Part shown: positions 8,839 to 20,112 of the stretch, piece by piece
Layout: every line of letters begins with the position of its first letter
Position numbering within the stretch: position 1 is the stretch's first letter
From: an uncultured delta proteobacterium
GTDB taxonomy: Bacteria; Bdellovibrionota; FAC87; UBA2466
Assembly (NCBI GenBank): GCA_963778115.1
Contig: CAVZSV010000004.1
Location: 416,001-480,000 of the forward strand
Direction of reading: 5' to 3'
DNA: 64,000 bases
The notes under the pieces: generated by a model
Told to the model about the DNA's origin: nothing
Seen by the model: the letters and a program-made list of their open reading frames with translations, nothing else
Database searches by the model: none
Position numbers and translations under genes: made by a program

Positions 8839-10626
8839 TTACGATCGGGAATGGATATCGTGAAATTTCTTGAAAATCCCAGACTTCTGTAGAAGCGCGT
8901 CATAGGAGCCCTGCTCGGAAAGATGGCCGTGATCTAGGACCAGAATATCATCGCACTCTTCGATGGTGGAAAGTCGATGCGCGATTACAATGGAAGTTCG
9001 GGTAGAAAGAAGTTCATGGATGGCTTCCATGAGTTTCTTTTCCAAACGCCTGTCCACACTTGAAGTCGCTTCGTCGAGAACAAGCAGTGGGGTATCAAAA
9101 ACTAGAATACGAGCAAACGAAATGAGTTGCCTTTCTCCCAAAGAAAAATTGGTACCACCTTCGTTCACCATCATGTCCAATCCGCCTCGGGGACGAATAA
9201 CATCCCAGAGCTGGGCTCTTTCGCATTGGGAACGAAGATATTCGTCGGTAAATCCTTCTCTTCCCAAACTTAAGTTTTCTCTTACCGTTCCTTGAAAGAG
9301 ATAGATTTCCTGGTGAACCACACCGATATATCGTCTTAGGTCGTAGCGGTCCCATTGGTTTAGAGGCCGTCCTCCAAATAAAATTTGTCCTTGGGTTGGC
9401 TCGTAAAATCGCAACAGTAACCGGATCAAGGTAGACTTCCCACTTCCAGTGGCCCCCACGACCGCTAACTGCCTTCCGGCGGGCAAGCGGAAACTCACGT
9501 CTTGTAAAGCAAGCGAGTCCCGGCTCGGGTACTGAAAACTGACAGAATGGAACTCGATCGAAGCCGTTTCGGGCACGATGGCGGGCTTATCATTTCCGAA
9601 AGATACATCGAGTTTGGCGAAAATCTCTTCTTCCGTTGGCTCATCTAGCACGTTGGCCACTCTTTCGGCGGCGATCATGGCGGACAAAAAAGTATTGTAT
9701 TTTTCCACCAGATCCCGAATGGGCTGAAAGAGATTTCTCAAATAGCCCAGGAAAGCGACCACCACGCCAAGACTTATCTTTCCTTCAATCACCCAGTGGC
9801 CGCCCACCATCATGACGGTCACCAGAGCAACTCCGTTTAGCACGTTAGCCAGAGGCTGAAGAAGGGCAAAAATCTTTAAAGACTCTAACGAAGCCTCCTG
9901 ATACTGGAGAACTATTCCTTCAAATCTGTCGTAGCGTTCTTTTTCCGCGGAAAGCCGCTGAATCGTTGCGATAGCCCCGATATTCTCGCCTAAAAACGCG
10001 TTGATCTCGGCCAATCGCAGACGAATTTTCCGATAGGCGACCGCGACCCTGTTTCCGAAGTAGTGAATGAGAACCGCGACCAGCGGAAAAGTTATTAGCG
10101 TTATTCCGGCCAGCCGCCAGTTCATCCAAAACATGGCCGCAATGGTTCCGATAATGACCATGGTATCGAGAACCAGCACTGAGATAGAGGCTGTGAAAAG
10201 TTCACTGAGTGCCTTGATGTCGTTCACGACTCGTACGAGTAAGCGGCCGGTTGGATTTCGATCAAAATAAGGCACAGGCATGTGGGCAATTCGGGTAAAC
10301 AGAAGAGATCTCAGATCGTGAGTTATCTGCTGTCCCGTCGATTGAATCACATAGGCTTGAACTGTATCCAAAACCGCTTTGGCGATGATGAGCCCAAAGA
10401 AGATCCAACACAAAATCACTAGAATTCTATGCCCTTGGTCAGCTGTCGAAACCGCGTCCACGGTCTTTCCCACGACAGCGGGCAAAATGACGTCCATTGC
10501 GGTCGCCAAAAAGATTAGCCCGACACCCAGGCTAAATTTATTTCGGTAAGGACGCAGAGTGGGCCAGAGCCGCCGGGTGATCTGGATGGCGTTAGTATTG
10601 ATGATTTTTTCTTCGGTTGAGATCAT
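8839..10626 (-). CDS. ABC exporter, fused permease/ATPase (MdlB-like)
   Basis: GATGSGKST, FSLGERQL, LDEATSSVD, IAHRLST. Confidence 0.95.
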   Translation of the reverse strand: MISTEEKIINTNAIQITRRLWPTLRPYRNKFSLGVGLIFLATAMDVILPAVVGKTVDAVSTADQGHRILVILCWIFFGLIIAKAVLDTVQAYVIQSTGQQITHDLRSLLFTRIAHMPVPYFDRNPTGRLLVRVVNDIKALSELFTASISVLVLDTMVIIGTIAAMFWMNWRLAGITLITFPLVAVLIHYFGNRVAVAYRKIRLRLAEINAFLGENIGAIATIQRLSAEKERYDRFEGIVLQYQEASLESLKIFALLQPLANVLNGVALVTVMMVGGHWVIEGKISLGVVVAFLGYLRNLFQPIRDLVEKYNTFLSAMIAAERVANVLDEPTEEEIFAKLDVSFGNDKPAIVPETASIEFHSVSFQYPSRDSLALQDVSFRLPAGRQLAVVGATGSGKSTLIRLLLRFYEPTQGQILFGGRPLNQWDRYDLRRYIGVVHQEIYLFQGTVRENLSLGREGFTDEYLRSQCERAQLWDVIRPRGGLDMMVNEGGTNFSLGERQLISFARILVFDTPLLVLDEATSSVDRRLEKKLMEAIHELLSTRTSIVIAHRLSTIEECDDILVLDHGHLSEQGSYDALLQKSGIFKKFHDIHSRS

Positions 10627-12443
10627 TTTGTGACCTCCACTTCCGTAGCCTTCTCAAAACCAACGCTCTCAATCATTCTTTCGCTCTTCTCCCAAAGAAG
10701 CCGATACAATCGATTACTACGAATGAGATCCTTGTGATGGCCCGTTTCGACTATCTTCCCCCGGTCAAGTAACCATATCTCATCCATCCGAGGCATAATC
10801 GACAAACGATGAGAGGCAAAACAGATACTCAAATCCGGATACTGAGAAAAGAAATTTTCGATGATTTGGTTCTCGATATCGACGTCAACAGCTGAGAAGC
10901 TGTCATCCAAAATCAAAAGTTCCGGTTGCCTTACCAATGCCCGGGTCAAAGCAACTCGCTGTTTCTGTCCGCCCGAGAGATTGACTCCCCGCTCTCCCAA
11001 CTGAGTTTGGAATCCTCTGGTCAGCTCCAAGACTTCATTTTCGATGCACGCCACCCGCGTTGCTTTCTCGACTTCCCGATCAGAGATTCGCCCTGCCCTT
11101 CCCATCACCACATTGGAACGAATATCCTCACTGAAAAGATAGATCTGCTGCTCTACACTGGCTATCTCTTTGCGCAACTCCGAAGCAGGAATCGAAAGGA
11201 CATCTTGTCCCTTGAAGAATATGGTGTCGGCTTCGGGCTCGTACAATCTTAAGATCAACTGAAATAACGTTGTCTTGCCCGAACCCACCGGCCCCACCAG
11301 TCCAATCTTCTGCCCTTTTCTAATAGAAAGTTTGGGAATCTCTAATTCAAAACTCTCCTCGGACCGAGCCTTGTCAAAACGGTAATTCAGATTTTCAATC
11401 GCAAGCAGACGAGCTTGGGACCTCTCTTCTTTCGGCGGTTTGGCCGGGATAACGACCGAACTTACTTGAGGCGCTGACATGACTTGATCCAAACGCCGTT
11501 GTGCCGCAATCCCCTCTTCGGCCATAGTCACCGCCCAACCGATAGCCTCCATCGGCCAAGAGAGGACGACAACATATCGCTGAAAGGCAATAAAGGTTCC
11601 GACCGTAATCACCTTATGAATGACGTCCATCCCACCGAAAATTAGGATGAGTAAAGTGCCCGCCCCGGTGAGTAAAACCAATGCCGGGGAAAATACCGCC
11701 TGGTATTTCGCAAGCACGATACCTTCTTTTTCATACGTTTTGCTAAAGCCCCAAAAACGACTTTGAACGCGATTTTCTAACACCAGAGATTTAATCAGAC
11801 GGATAGCCGAAAAGCTTTCTTGAGCGAAGGCACTCATGGACGAAAGACGAACTTGCAGACTTTCAAAAAGGGCCTCGATTTTGGTCCCTACTCGTAGTGT
11901 TATCCAAGGCGCTAACGGATAAAAGGCGAGTGCTAGCAGAGCAAGTTTCCAGGAGAGATAAAAAAGGACGGGAACTATCATGAAAAACTGAACGAAGCCG
12001 TCCACGGTGATTAGAATTCCTGGGCCCACCGCCATACGAATGGATTCGATGTCGTTCGTGGCGCGAGACATAAGATCGCCCGTTCGAATCGATTGGTAAT
12101 ACTTCAAAGGGAGTCTCTGAAGATGGCGGTAAAGATCGTTTCTCAATTCCGTGGCGATAAAATGGGAAGTCCCTATGAGATACCATCGCCATAGGTAACG
12201 TCCTAACGACTGAAGCACCATCATGATTCCAAGAATCGCCGCCGCCCAGACCAACCGCCGGTAGTCTTTGGGTTCGATAGCGTCTATGCCATCACGGATG
12301 GCTAGAGGAATAGCGACGTTGACCGCATCGACCAGAATTAAGGAGATAAATCCAATAAGGTATTGGGTCTTATGCCTCTTAAGATATGGCCAAAAAGGGT
12401 ATTTTTTCAAATAGTTAACTACACCGAACACTGAAATCCCCAA
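10623..12443 (-). CDS. ABC exporter, fused permease/ATPase (MdlA-like, degenerate site); heterodimer partner
   Basis: TGDLMSRATND, GPVGSGKTT, LSGGQKQR, LDDSFSAVD; ATGA overlap with the next gene. Confidence 0.95.
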   Translation of the reverse strand: MGISVFGVVNYLKKYPFWPYLKRHKTQYLIGFISLILVDAVNVAIPLAIRDGIDAIEPKDYRRLVWAAAILGIMMVLQSLGRYLWRWYLIGTSHFIATELRNDLYRHLQRLPLKYYQSIRTGDLMSRATNDIESIRMAVGPGILITVDGFVQFFMIVPVLFYLSWKLALLALAFYPLAPWITLRVGTKIEALFESLQVRLSSMSAFAQESFSAIRLIKSLVLENRVQSRFWGFSKTYEKEGIVLAKYQAVFSPALVLLTGAGTLLILIFGGMDVIHKVITVGTFIAFQRYVVVLSWPMEAIGWAVTMAEEGIAAQRRLDQVMSAPQVSSVVIPAKPPKEERSQARLLAIENLNYRFDKARSEESFELEIPKLSIRKGQKIGLVGPVGSGKTTLFQLILRLYEPEADTIFFKGQDVLSIPASELRKEIASVEQQIYLFSEDIRSNVVMGRAGRISDREVEKATRVACIENEVLELTRGFQTQLGERGVNLSGGQKQRVALTRALVRQPELLILDDSFSAVDVDIENQIIENFFSQYPDLSICFASHRLSIMPRMDEIWLLDRGKIVETGHHKDLIRSNRLYRLLWEKSERMIESVGFEKATEVEVTK

Positions 12444-12582
12444 ACCTAAACCAAAGTAGTCATCTTTTGACTTTCAGACTTTAGAAACCATATTAAGCTA
12501 AATGTCCGTAATCGATATGTCATGAGAATCTATTAGAAAGTTGTAACCTCGAGACGGCATAGCGGTTAGCTTAGGAGAGTCG

Positions 12583-15195
12583 ATGAACATCAATCAGTTT
12601 ACAGTCAAAGCACAAGAAGCGGTCGTTGACGCGCAAGCGGCGGCGGTTAAGGGAAGCCACCAGAGTGTGGATCCCGAGCACTTGCTCTTTGCTCTTCTTA
12701 AACAAGAAGACGGCCTGGTCTCTCAGACATTGGACAAAATTGCGAAAGCTACCTCCAAAGCACTCATGACCGCGGTGCAAAAAGAGCTCGATAAGAAACC
12801 GCAAGTTCACGGCAATGTCCAAAGCTATCTCTCTCAACCAGCCAACCGCTTGCTCCTCTCTGCCGAAGCCGAAGCCAAAGCGCTTCATGATGATTTCACA
12901 AGTACCGAACATCTTTTTCTAGCCTTACTGGGATTGCGAGAAGGAGTCATTCCCGAACTTCTAAAACAGGCAAAGATCACCAAAGCCTCGTTCCTGGAAG
13001 CTTTGCAAAAAGTTAGAGGAAACCAAAAGGTTACCGATCAAAATCCCGAAGAAAAATATAATGCGCTCGACAGATATACTCGAGATCTCACTCAGCAAGC
13101 CACGAATGGGAGGCTAGATCCCGTGATCGGTCGTGATAACGAGATCCGCCGAGTGATCCAAGTCCTATCTCGGCGTACCAAGAACAATCCGGTTCTCATC
13201 GGAGATCCTGGAGTCGGAAAAACGGCGATTGTAGAAGGGTTAGCTCAACGTATTATCGCGGGTGACGTTCCGGAAAGTTTAAAGAACAAGCGGCTACTTA
13301 GTCTGGATTTGGGATCGCTGGTCGCAGGGGCTAAATACCGCGGAGAATTTGAAGATCGGCTAAAAGCCGTCTTAAAGGAAGTGACCTCCGCCCAAGGAAC
13401 GATCATCCTCTTTATCGACGAACTGCATACGATGGTGGGTGCGGGAAAATCCGAAGGAAGCATGGACGCTTCCAACATGCTTAAGCCCGCTCTCGCCCGA
13501 GGCGAACTCCGCTGCGTGGGTGCAACCACTTTAGACGAATACCGCATGTATATTGAGAAGGATTCGGCCCTCGAGCGTAGGTTCCAACAAGTCTATGTAG
13601 GCGAACCTTCGGTGGAAGATACCATCGCAATCCTAAGAGGACTCAAAGAACGATACGAAGTCCACCATGGCATACGCATTACCGATTCCGCGTTGGTTGC
13701 CGCGGCAAAGCTAAGCCACCGCTACATTAATAACCGGTTCTTGCCGGATAAAGCTATCGACCTCATGGACGAAGCGGCGTCCAAGTTACGAATTGAAATA
13801 GATAGTCTACCGACCGAGATTGACGAAATTGAACGTAAACTCATTCAGTTACGCGTGGAAAGGCAGGCGCTTAAGAAAGATACCGACCCCGCCAGTCAAA
13901 TTCGGCGTACGGCCTTGGAAAAGCAGATCACAGAACTAGAGGCTAAATCGTCTGTTATGAAGGAGCAGTGGAAAAGGGAGAAAGGGGCGATCGGCAACAT
14001 CTCCCAAATTAAAGAACAGATGGAGCAAACCAAGACACAGATTGAGAAGGCCGAACGCGAGGGGAATTTAGAGAAAGCCGCAGAACTCAAATACGGCACG
14101 TTAAATGAACTTCAAAGAGCCTTGGAACAGGCCAATACGAAAGCTTCTCCCATAGCGACCGAGAAACGGATGCTTAAGGAGGAGGTCGACGAAGAGGACA
14201 TCGCCGAAGTGGTGGCGAAGTGGACCGGAATTCCGGTAAGCAAAATGCTGGAATCCGATAGGCAAAAGCTTTTGCGCATGGAAGAGGAGATGCGCAAAAG
14301 GGTCATTGGACAAGATTTGGCTATCAAAGCGGTTTGCAATGCCGTCCGACGAAGTCAGGCGGGACTGAGCGATCCTAAAAGACCTATCGGAGGTTTTCTT
14401 TTCTTAGGCCCTACGGGAGTGGGAAAGACGGAGACGGCAAAAACTTTGGCCGAATTCCTTTTTGACGACGAGAATAATATGGTTCGCATCGACATGAGCG
14501 AATTCATGGAAAAGCATTCCGTCTCTAGGCTAGTCGGAGCTCCTCCTGGATATGTGGGTTACGAAGAGGGGGGAGTTCTCACTGAAGCGGTAAGACGACG
14601 CCCCTATTCGGTGGTACTCTTTGATGAAGTCGAAAAGGCACATCAAGACGTCTTCAACATTCTATTGCAAATTTTAGACGACGGAATTTTAACATCGGGC
14701 CAAGGCGACCAAGTCAATTTCAAGAACACTATAATTATTCTGACCTCGAACCTAGGAACCCAATACATCCAAGAAGGCGGCATCGACGAAACCGTGAAAA
14801 ACCGAGTCATGGCCGAAGTGCGTAGCCATTTTCGCCCCGAACTCCTTAACCGCCTGGATGACATCATCTTGTTCCACGCCCTCACCCAGGAGAATTTAAC
14901 CAAGATCGTGGACATCCAATTAGAATCCCTAAAGAAGTTGCTTGATTCCAAAAATCTAAGTATGGTTGTCGACCAAAAGGCGAAGGAGACACTCGCCCGA
15001 CGAGGTTACGACCCAGTTTACGGGGCTCGCCCTTTGAAAAGATTGATATCGGAAGCCATCTTGAATCCTCTTGCTACCAAACTACTTGAAGGTGAATTTA
15101 AGTCAGGTGACACCATAGAAGTGACTACCGACGATAAGGGGGATCTGGTATTCAAGAAAGGCAGCCGGGCGGGTGTTCGCAAAGTTGCCGTCTGA
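12583..15195 (+). CDS. clpB: ATP-dependent chaperone ClpB
   Basis: Two AAA+ modules ([16 protein letters not shown]), coiled-coil middle domain, GARPLKR; AGGAG RBS. Confidence 0.98.
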   Translation: MNINQFTVKAQEAVVDAQAAAVKGSHQSVDPEHLLFALLKQEDGLVSQTLDKIAKATSKALMTAVQKELDKKPQVHGNVQSYLSQPANRLLLSAEAEAKALHDDFTSTEHLFLALLGLREGVIPELLKQAKITKASFLEALQKVRGNQKVTDQNPEEKYNALDRYTRDLTQQATNGRLDPVIGRDNEIRRVIQVLSRRTKNNPVLIGDPGVGKTAIVEGLAQRIIAGDVPESLKNKRLLSLDLGSLVAGAKYRGEFEDRLKAVLKEVTSAQGTIILFIDELHTMVGAGKSEGSMDASNMLKPALARGELRCVGATTLDEYRMYIEKDSALERRFQQVYVGEPSVEDTIAILRGLKERYEVHHGIRITDSALVAAAKLSHRYINNRFLPDKAIDLMDEAASKLRIEIDSLPTEIDEIERKLIQLRVERQALKKDTDPASQIRRTALEKQITELEAKSSVMKEQWKREKGAIGNISQIKEQMEQTKTQIEKAEREGNLEKAAELKYGTLNELQRALEQANTKASPIATEKRMLKEEVDEEDIAEVVAKWTGIPVSKMLESDRQKLLRMEEEMRKRVIGQDLAIKAVCNAVRRSQAGLSDPKRPIGGFLFLGPTGVGKTETAKTLAEFLFDDENNMVRIDMSEFMEKHSVSRLVGAPPGYVGYEEGGVLTEAVRRRPYSVVLFDEVEKAHQDVFNILLQILDDGILTSGQGDQVNFKNTIIILTSNLGTQYIQEGGIDETVKNRVMAEVRSHFRPELLNRLDDIILFHALTQENLTKIVDIQLESLKKLLDSKNLSMVVDQKAKETLARRGYDPVYGARPLKRLISEAILNPLATKLLEGEFKSGDTIEVTTDDKGDLVFKKGSRAGVRKVAV

Positions 15196-15243
15196 GAAAG
15201 ATTTTTTTGCTTTTGGTTTTATTGAGTGAATTAGGAGGTTGTA

Positions 15244-16860
15244 ATGGCGAACGATAACTTTGGTGACAGACCAGAAAATGGCCCTGAGGACAAACCGATC
15301 CGAAGATCCATGAAACGCCCCTTGGCATACCTCGTTGCAGTGGTGGCAGCCGCACTGCTAAGTGTCGCGATTTTTGCCGGAGCTCAGTTTTTCGCGGCCC
15401 AACGCGCAACTCAGACAGCCCTTCTGGATAATCCCGCTTCGGCCGATGCGCCGGCACCAAAGCCAGGAGCCGATGCTGGAATCTCACAGTTAAAGCAAAC
15501 CTCTGAAGGATTTCGTTACGTCGCCCGAGTCGTCGGCCCTGCGGTCGTCAATATCAAGTCGACCAAAGGGGTAAAGAAAATGCCCCGCATGGCAGGTCGT
15601 GGCCGAGGTCGCCAGATGCCTCCCCAAGGCGGAGAGGACGACGATCAAGGACAGGGCGGGATGCCGCGCGATCCTTTTTTCGATTTCTTCGAACGATTTG
15701 GTCATCCTCTTATGCCGGAACAGCAGCAACCTCAAACTAGCCTTGGATCCGGAATTATCATCGATAAGAAGGGCTATGTCGTTACCAACAACCACGTGAT
15801 TGAGGACTCTTCGGAAATTTTAGTATCGCTCTCGGGAGATAAGGGAGACCTCAAGGCTAAGCTCATCGGTACCGATCCCAAAACAGACCTTGCCGTTTTA
15901 AAAATCGAATCATCAAAAGATTTACCTGTCGCCGAGTGGGCCGACTCTGACACCGTCGAAGTTGGGGATTGGGCAATTGCTATCGGAAGCCCTTTCGATC
16001 TTAGACAGACCGTTACGGTCGGAATCGTGAGTGCCAAAGGGCGCTCTAATGTCCTGTCCGGGTCCGAGTACGTAGGAGAACTTCTTCAGACGGATGCGGC
16101 CATCAATCCCGGTAACTCCGGCGGTCCCCTGTGCACGATAGACGGAAAGATCATGGGCGTGAACACGGCCATCTATACTCGCAGCGGCGGATACATGGGT
16201 ATTGGATTTGCGATTCCAGCGAATCTTGCCAAAGATGTCGTCAATAAGCTCAAGACCGACGGCAAGATTGTTCGTGGCTGGCTGGGAGTCTATATTCAGC
16301 CTCTAGACCCGGCCCTCGCCAAAGACCTTGGCGTTAAAGATGGTGTGGGCATTCATGAAGTCATCGACGCAAGCCCTGCGGCTGTTGCCGGACTCAAAGC
16401 GGGTGACGTAGTCACGGAAGTCGAGGATAAAAAGGTAACCGAAGTGAGCCAGCTTCAGCGCATCATTAGCAACTTCAAACCAGGTCAAAAGGTGAAAATG
16501 AAAGTGACAGCCTACGCCGATAAGAAATCGCGTACGGTGACGGTCAAAATCGGAGAAGTCCCCGATGCCGATAAGACTCAGGCAAAAGCAACGCAGGAGG
16601 ACGACACTCCAGATAAATTGGGCCTTATCGTCGGTGATAACAAGGGAAAAGAGGGAGTACTGATTCAAGCGGTACAGCCTAACTCCATCGGCGAGCAGTT
16701 GGATCTCTCCCAAGGAGACTTAATCCTCAGCATCAACCGAAAACAAACCAATTCGGTGGATACTTATAAAAAGGCGATTGCCAGTGCTAAGGGACTCATC
16801 AACCTTCAAGTAAAGCAGAAGGGACGCGTCCGCTTCTTCTCGTTTAATTTGCCCGACTAG
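15244..16860 (+). CDS. Do/DegP/DegQ family serine protease with two PDZ domains
   Basis: VTNNHV, TDLAVLK, QTDAAINPGNSGGPL, RGWLGV; AGGAGG RBS. Confidence 0.96.
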   Translation: MANDNFGDRPENGPEDKPIRRSMKRPLAYLVAVVAAALLSVAIFAGAQFFAAQRATQTALLDNPASADAPAPKPGADAGISQLKQTSEGFRYVARVVGPAVVNIKSTKGVKKMPRMAGRGRGRQMPPQGGEDDDQGQGGMPRDPFFDFFERFGHPLMPEQQQPQTSLGSGIIIDKKGYVVTNNHVIEDSSEILVSLSGDKGDLKAKLIGTDPKTDLAVLKIESSKDLPVAEWADSDTVEVGDWAIAIGSPFDLRQTVTVGIVSAKGRSNVLSGSEYVGELLQTDAAINPGNSGGPLCTIDGKIMGVNTAIYTRSGGYMGIGFAIPANLAKDVVNKLKTDGKIVRGWLGVYIQPLDPALAKDLGVKDGVGIHEVIDASPAAVAGLKAGDVVTEVEDKKVTEVSQLQRIISNFKPGQKVKMKVTAYADKKSRTVTVKIGEVPDADKTQAKATQEDDTPDKLGLIVGDNKGKEGVLIQAVQPNSIGEQLDLSQGDLILSINRKQTNSVDTYKKAIASAKGLINLQVKQKGRVRFFSFNLPD

Positions 16861-17097
16861 GGAAAGGGTCTGTAATCCTTTTTACGTCGGTACATTAGAT
16901 CGAGGCCTGGTTCGCAATACTTACCTCGTTTCGCGGCTTGACTTGGAGTAGGAACCCAGGTCAATTCTGAGAGCGTTGTTATTTTTTTCTAAATTTTGTC
17001 CACGGACCGCTAGATTACTGTAAGGAGTCCTGTAAACTATTCATACAGGGTTTAGAGCTTCGCTAGTTAGTCGGTAAGAGGATGTAAGGGGAGAATA

Positions 17098-18015
17098 ATG
17101 TCTTCAATCGTCGTAGTCGGAACGATGGCGTTCGACACCATCGAAACTCCATTTGGTAAAGTTCCGAAAATTCTTGGTGGTTCTGCAAATTACTTCTCGC
17201 TCTCAGCGAGCCATTTTGTCCCGGTAAAATGTGTCAGTGTAGTGGGCCAAGATTATCCGACGGAGCACATAGAACTTCTAAAAAGCCGCGGCATAGACAT
17301 GGCGGGCGTTGTAAAAGTGGCGGAGGGAAAGACTTTCCATTGGTCCGGCGCTTATGGATACGATCTTAACGAAGCAAAGACGCTAGCCACCTGTCTCAAT
17401 GTTCTTGAAAAGTTTGAAGCTAATGTTCCCGAATCGTACCGCAATTCCCCATTTGTTTTCTTGGGGAACCTCGCTCCCAAGCTGCAGAGCAGCGTGCTAG
17501 CGCAGATGGACAAGCCCAAGTTCGTGGCTATTGACACCATGAATTTCTGGATTGAAGGACAACGAGACGCTCTCATAGAAGCGATTGCAAAGTGCCACGC
17601 GCTCATTATCAACGAAGGAGAGATCCGTCAGCTCACGAAAACCTACAATATGGTGCAAGCCGCAGATAAGGTTCGTGAATGGGGGCCTCAAATCGTAGTG
17701 GTAAAGCGAGGGGAGTACGGGGCAGCACTCTTTCACCACGGTGAAGCCTTCAGCGTTCCGGGTCTTCCTTTGGCTGAAGTTAAAGATCCCACGGGTGCCG
17801 GCGATACTTTCGCGGGCGGCTTTATGGGATACTTGGCCTCTCAGCACCAGTTCTCCCTCTCTACCAAGACGCTCAGAAAAGCGGTCGTATACGGATGTGT
17901 GATGGCGTCCTTTACGGTTCAGGATTTTGGGTTTAAGGAGTTGTTGGGGTTAAAGCGGGAGCAGCGTGACGAACGTTATCAGCGCTTTGTGGATCTAACT
18001 TCGTTTCATGAGTAA
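17098..18015 (+). CDS. PfkB/ribokinase family sugar kinase
   Basis: LGGSANY, DPTGAGDTFAGGF. Confidence 0.93.
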   Translation: MSSIVVVGTMAFDTIETPFGKVPKILGGSANYFSLSASHFVPVKCVSVVGQDYPTEHIELLKSRGIDMAGVVKVAEGKTFHWSGAYGYDLNEAKTLATCLNVLEKFEANVPESYRNSPFVFLGNLAPKLQSSVLAQMDKPKFVAIDTMNFWIEGQRDALIEAIAKCHALIINEGEIRQLTKTYNMVQAADKVREWGPQIVVVKRGEYGAALFHHGEAFSVPGLPLAEVKDPTGAGDTFAGGFMGYLASQHQFSLSTKTLRKAVVYGCVMASFTVQDFGFKELLGLKREQRDERYQRFVDLTSFHE

Positions 18016-18166
18016 CCCATTGAGTCTGGTGAATTTTTCTTCAGAAAATAGGCCCTTGACGATAAAAATCTTTGAAGCTAATAGTTTCCGGTCTTAAGGT
18101 AAGCATCTCTAATGCCAAAGAAGTAAAGACACGAAGTAAAGAAAGGCAGAAAAACGGAAGGGACAT

Positions 18167-18496
18167 ATGGGAAAAGCAACTCAAAAGTCAGCCCCAGTCT
18201 CGTTGGGAACCAAGCGTTCGTGCCCCGATTGCAACACTAAATTCTACGACTTCAACAAAGAGGATCTGGTCTGTCCGAAATGTTCGACAAAAATCGATCC
18301 TCAGAAACTCTCCTCGGCAAGTACCTCTCCCAAGCGTCCGAAAAAAGACAACACGGAAGAAGCGTTAATGGAGAGTGAAGATATTGTCGTGGCGGGTGCC
18401 GACGGGGCGTTCGAAAGTGTGGAAGATCTGGATGACGAAGAAGATGATGTTGTCGAAGATATCGACGTAGATAGTGAAGATGAAGGCAGTTACTAG
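18167..18496 (+). CDS. FYDLN-acid (TIGR02300-like) zinc-ribbon protein
   Basis: LGTKRSCPDCNTKFYDFNK..VCPKC followed by an acidic tail. Confidence 0.9.
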   Translation: MGKATQKSAPVSLGTKRSCPDCNTKFYDFNKEDLVCPKCSTKIDPQKLSSASTSPKRPKKDNTEEALMESEDIVVAGADGAFESVEDLDDEEDDVVEDIDVDSEDEGSY

Positions 18497-18528
18497 TCCG
18501 CTCTAACTTTTCAAAAATCTAATTAAAA

Positions 18529-18801
18529 CTAAGGTTTCTTGCTCACCTGATTCGAATGAGTCAGAGGATCCGGTAGGTTTTTCGAACCTTGGGGAATCCT
18601 TCTGGCATCGACCCGAATGACTGGGCCCTTCCCCTCTTGCGGAGCGCGGAAATTGCGCCTTTGCGCTTTCTTATAACCCGAATAAATCAAACCCGAAAAG
18701 AGCGAGACAATCATTCCCCAAAAACCAAAGAAAAGCTGCCTTTGCGTTAGGGAATGAACGAGGTTGTAGAGAAACCTTCCGTCCTGAACCGGAGTATTCA
18801 T
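18529..18801 (-). CDS. Small single-TM hypothetical protein
   Basis: GAGGGG RBS directly after the upstream gene; one hydrophobic segment. Confidence 0.65.
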   Translation of the reverse strand: MNTPVQDGRFLYNLVHSLTQRQLFFGFWGMIVSLFSGLIYSGYKKAQRRNFRAPQEGKGPVIRVDARRIPQGSKNLPDPLTHSNQVSKKP

Positions 18802-18810
18802 GGATCCCCT

Positions 18811-20094
18811 CTAGTGGATGGTCACGTGTAGACCAGTCTGCGTACTACTGACCTGTGATGAACGGGTGGCAAGATACGTAATAACCGCAGCCCCCACGAC
18901 ACCACTAGCGACGGCCCAAAACTTCCAATTATTATACCACCGAGATTCATCCGTGACCCCTGCAGTAACTCGCTGCGGCAATGGACCAGGAGACGACTCG
19001 GCAAGAGCCAACCTCGAATTGCGATGCCGACTGAGAAGATCGAGGAAAGCATCGGTAGCGATCGGTACGGCGTCAGTATTTGGATTTTCCAGCACGTCAG
19101 CAACTTTCCAAGGCGCTTGCATCGGAATCTCGTCCACCGAGACCCCGGGAGTATAAAGATAAAGGCGAAAGCGATCCCCTTGCGGCTCGACGAGGCAAAG
19201 GCTTTCGACCGCATGGCTTCGGCTTAATTGCGAAAGAGAATCTGCTGAATGTGACGGGGAAAGAGCGTTCATCGCAAGGGTCGCGCTCTTAATTCCGGGC
19301 CGTTCACAGGAGACAACTACGGTATTTGATTGAGAGCCCGCGGTTTCGGCTCTTAGATGGTAAGTGCCTCCTTTCGGCAAGCGAAATTGCCGGTGAGATC
19401 CCATTTCAAATCCATTTCCAAAGACCACAGCAGGACCGCCCGTTAAAGAGACATTCAGCAAGCAGCCTCTTGCCCACCTAGACTCCAAATCCAGAATTTT
19501 TGCTTCCATGGAGTTCAAAACCGAATGCTCGATTTCGCCGGTAACGCTGGGAAGTTCCGCTTTTGCTTGTGGGCTTAAGCTAATGGCGCGCCTTAGCAGC
19601 TCAGTGGCGACCGCCTCTTTCCCAGAGGCCCAATAAAATGCCGCTTCCGCCACAAACGCCTTTTGGATCACTGGTCCTGAACCGGAGACAGACAGTTGAC
19701 GTCGTAAAGTTTCAAGCTCTTCTACTTGCTGAGAAATGCCGGAACTCAAATTCGGATCGGAGAGATTTTCCGCTTTTTTCCAAAGCTCCGCAGACAACTG
19801 TTTGACTCTTCGCTCATTGGTTTCGCTCCTCAGCCACTCTCTCCTGCCTTTGAGAAAGATGGTCTCGGCGGAAGCATGAACCGCATCTAAATTTTCTAGC
19901 CAGCGTTGAATTCGTTTTTCCACTAAGGGATAAGCGCGCTCGGCGGAATAGTTTGTCGTACCCATCGAAACAATTCCCAAACGAGTACGCTCCAGAGGTA
20001 CGCTTGGGAGACCGGCTCCGCTGACTCCATTAGAGACAAAGCTCAAAAGGATCACAGGGGCTATCGTTGCATTATTGCGAAGTTTCATTGTCAT
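18811..20094 (-). CDS. Hypothetical exported protein with C-terminal anchor (PEGA-like region)
   Basis: Long ORF co-oriented with the Tad genes; C-terminal WYNNWKFWAVASGVVGAAVITY segment. Confidence 0.75.
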   Translation of the reverse strand: MTMKLRNNATIAPVILLSFVSNGVSGAGLPSVPLERTRLGIVSMGTTNYSAERAYPLVEKRIQRWLENLDAVHASAETIFLKGRREWLRSETNERRVKQLSAELWKKAENLSDPNLSSGISQQVEELETLRRQLSVSGSGPVIQKAFVAEAAFYWASGKEAVATELLRRAISLSPQAKAELPSVTGEIEHSVLNSMEAKILDLESRWARGCLLNVSLTGGPAVVFGNGFEMGSHRQFRLPKGGTYHLRAETAGSQSNTVVVSCERPGIKSATLAMNALSPSHSADSLSQLSRSHAVESLCLVEPQGDRFRLYLYTPGVSVDEIPMQAPWKVADVLENPNTDAVPIATDAFLDLLSRHRNSRLALAESSPGPLPQRVTAGVTDESRWYNNWKFWAVASGVVGAAVITYLATRSSQVSSTQTGLHVTIH

Positions 20095-20112
20095 TCCGCT
20101 TCCGAATAAAAG

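Noticed and set aside
12444..12582. CIRCE or HAIR heat-shock operator upstream of clpB
   Set aside because: No convincing match to either consensus; only a TTGAC...CCATAT promoter-like pattern
16861..17097. Intergenic region with weak hairpins, possible riboswitch before pfkB
   Set aside because: No recognisable riboswitch motif; stems are short and imperfect
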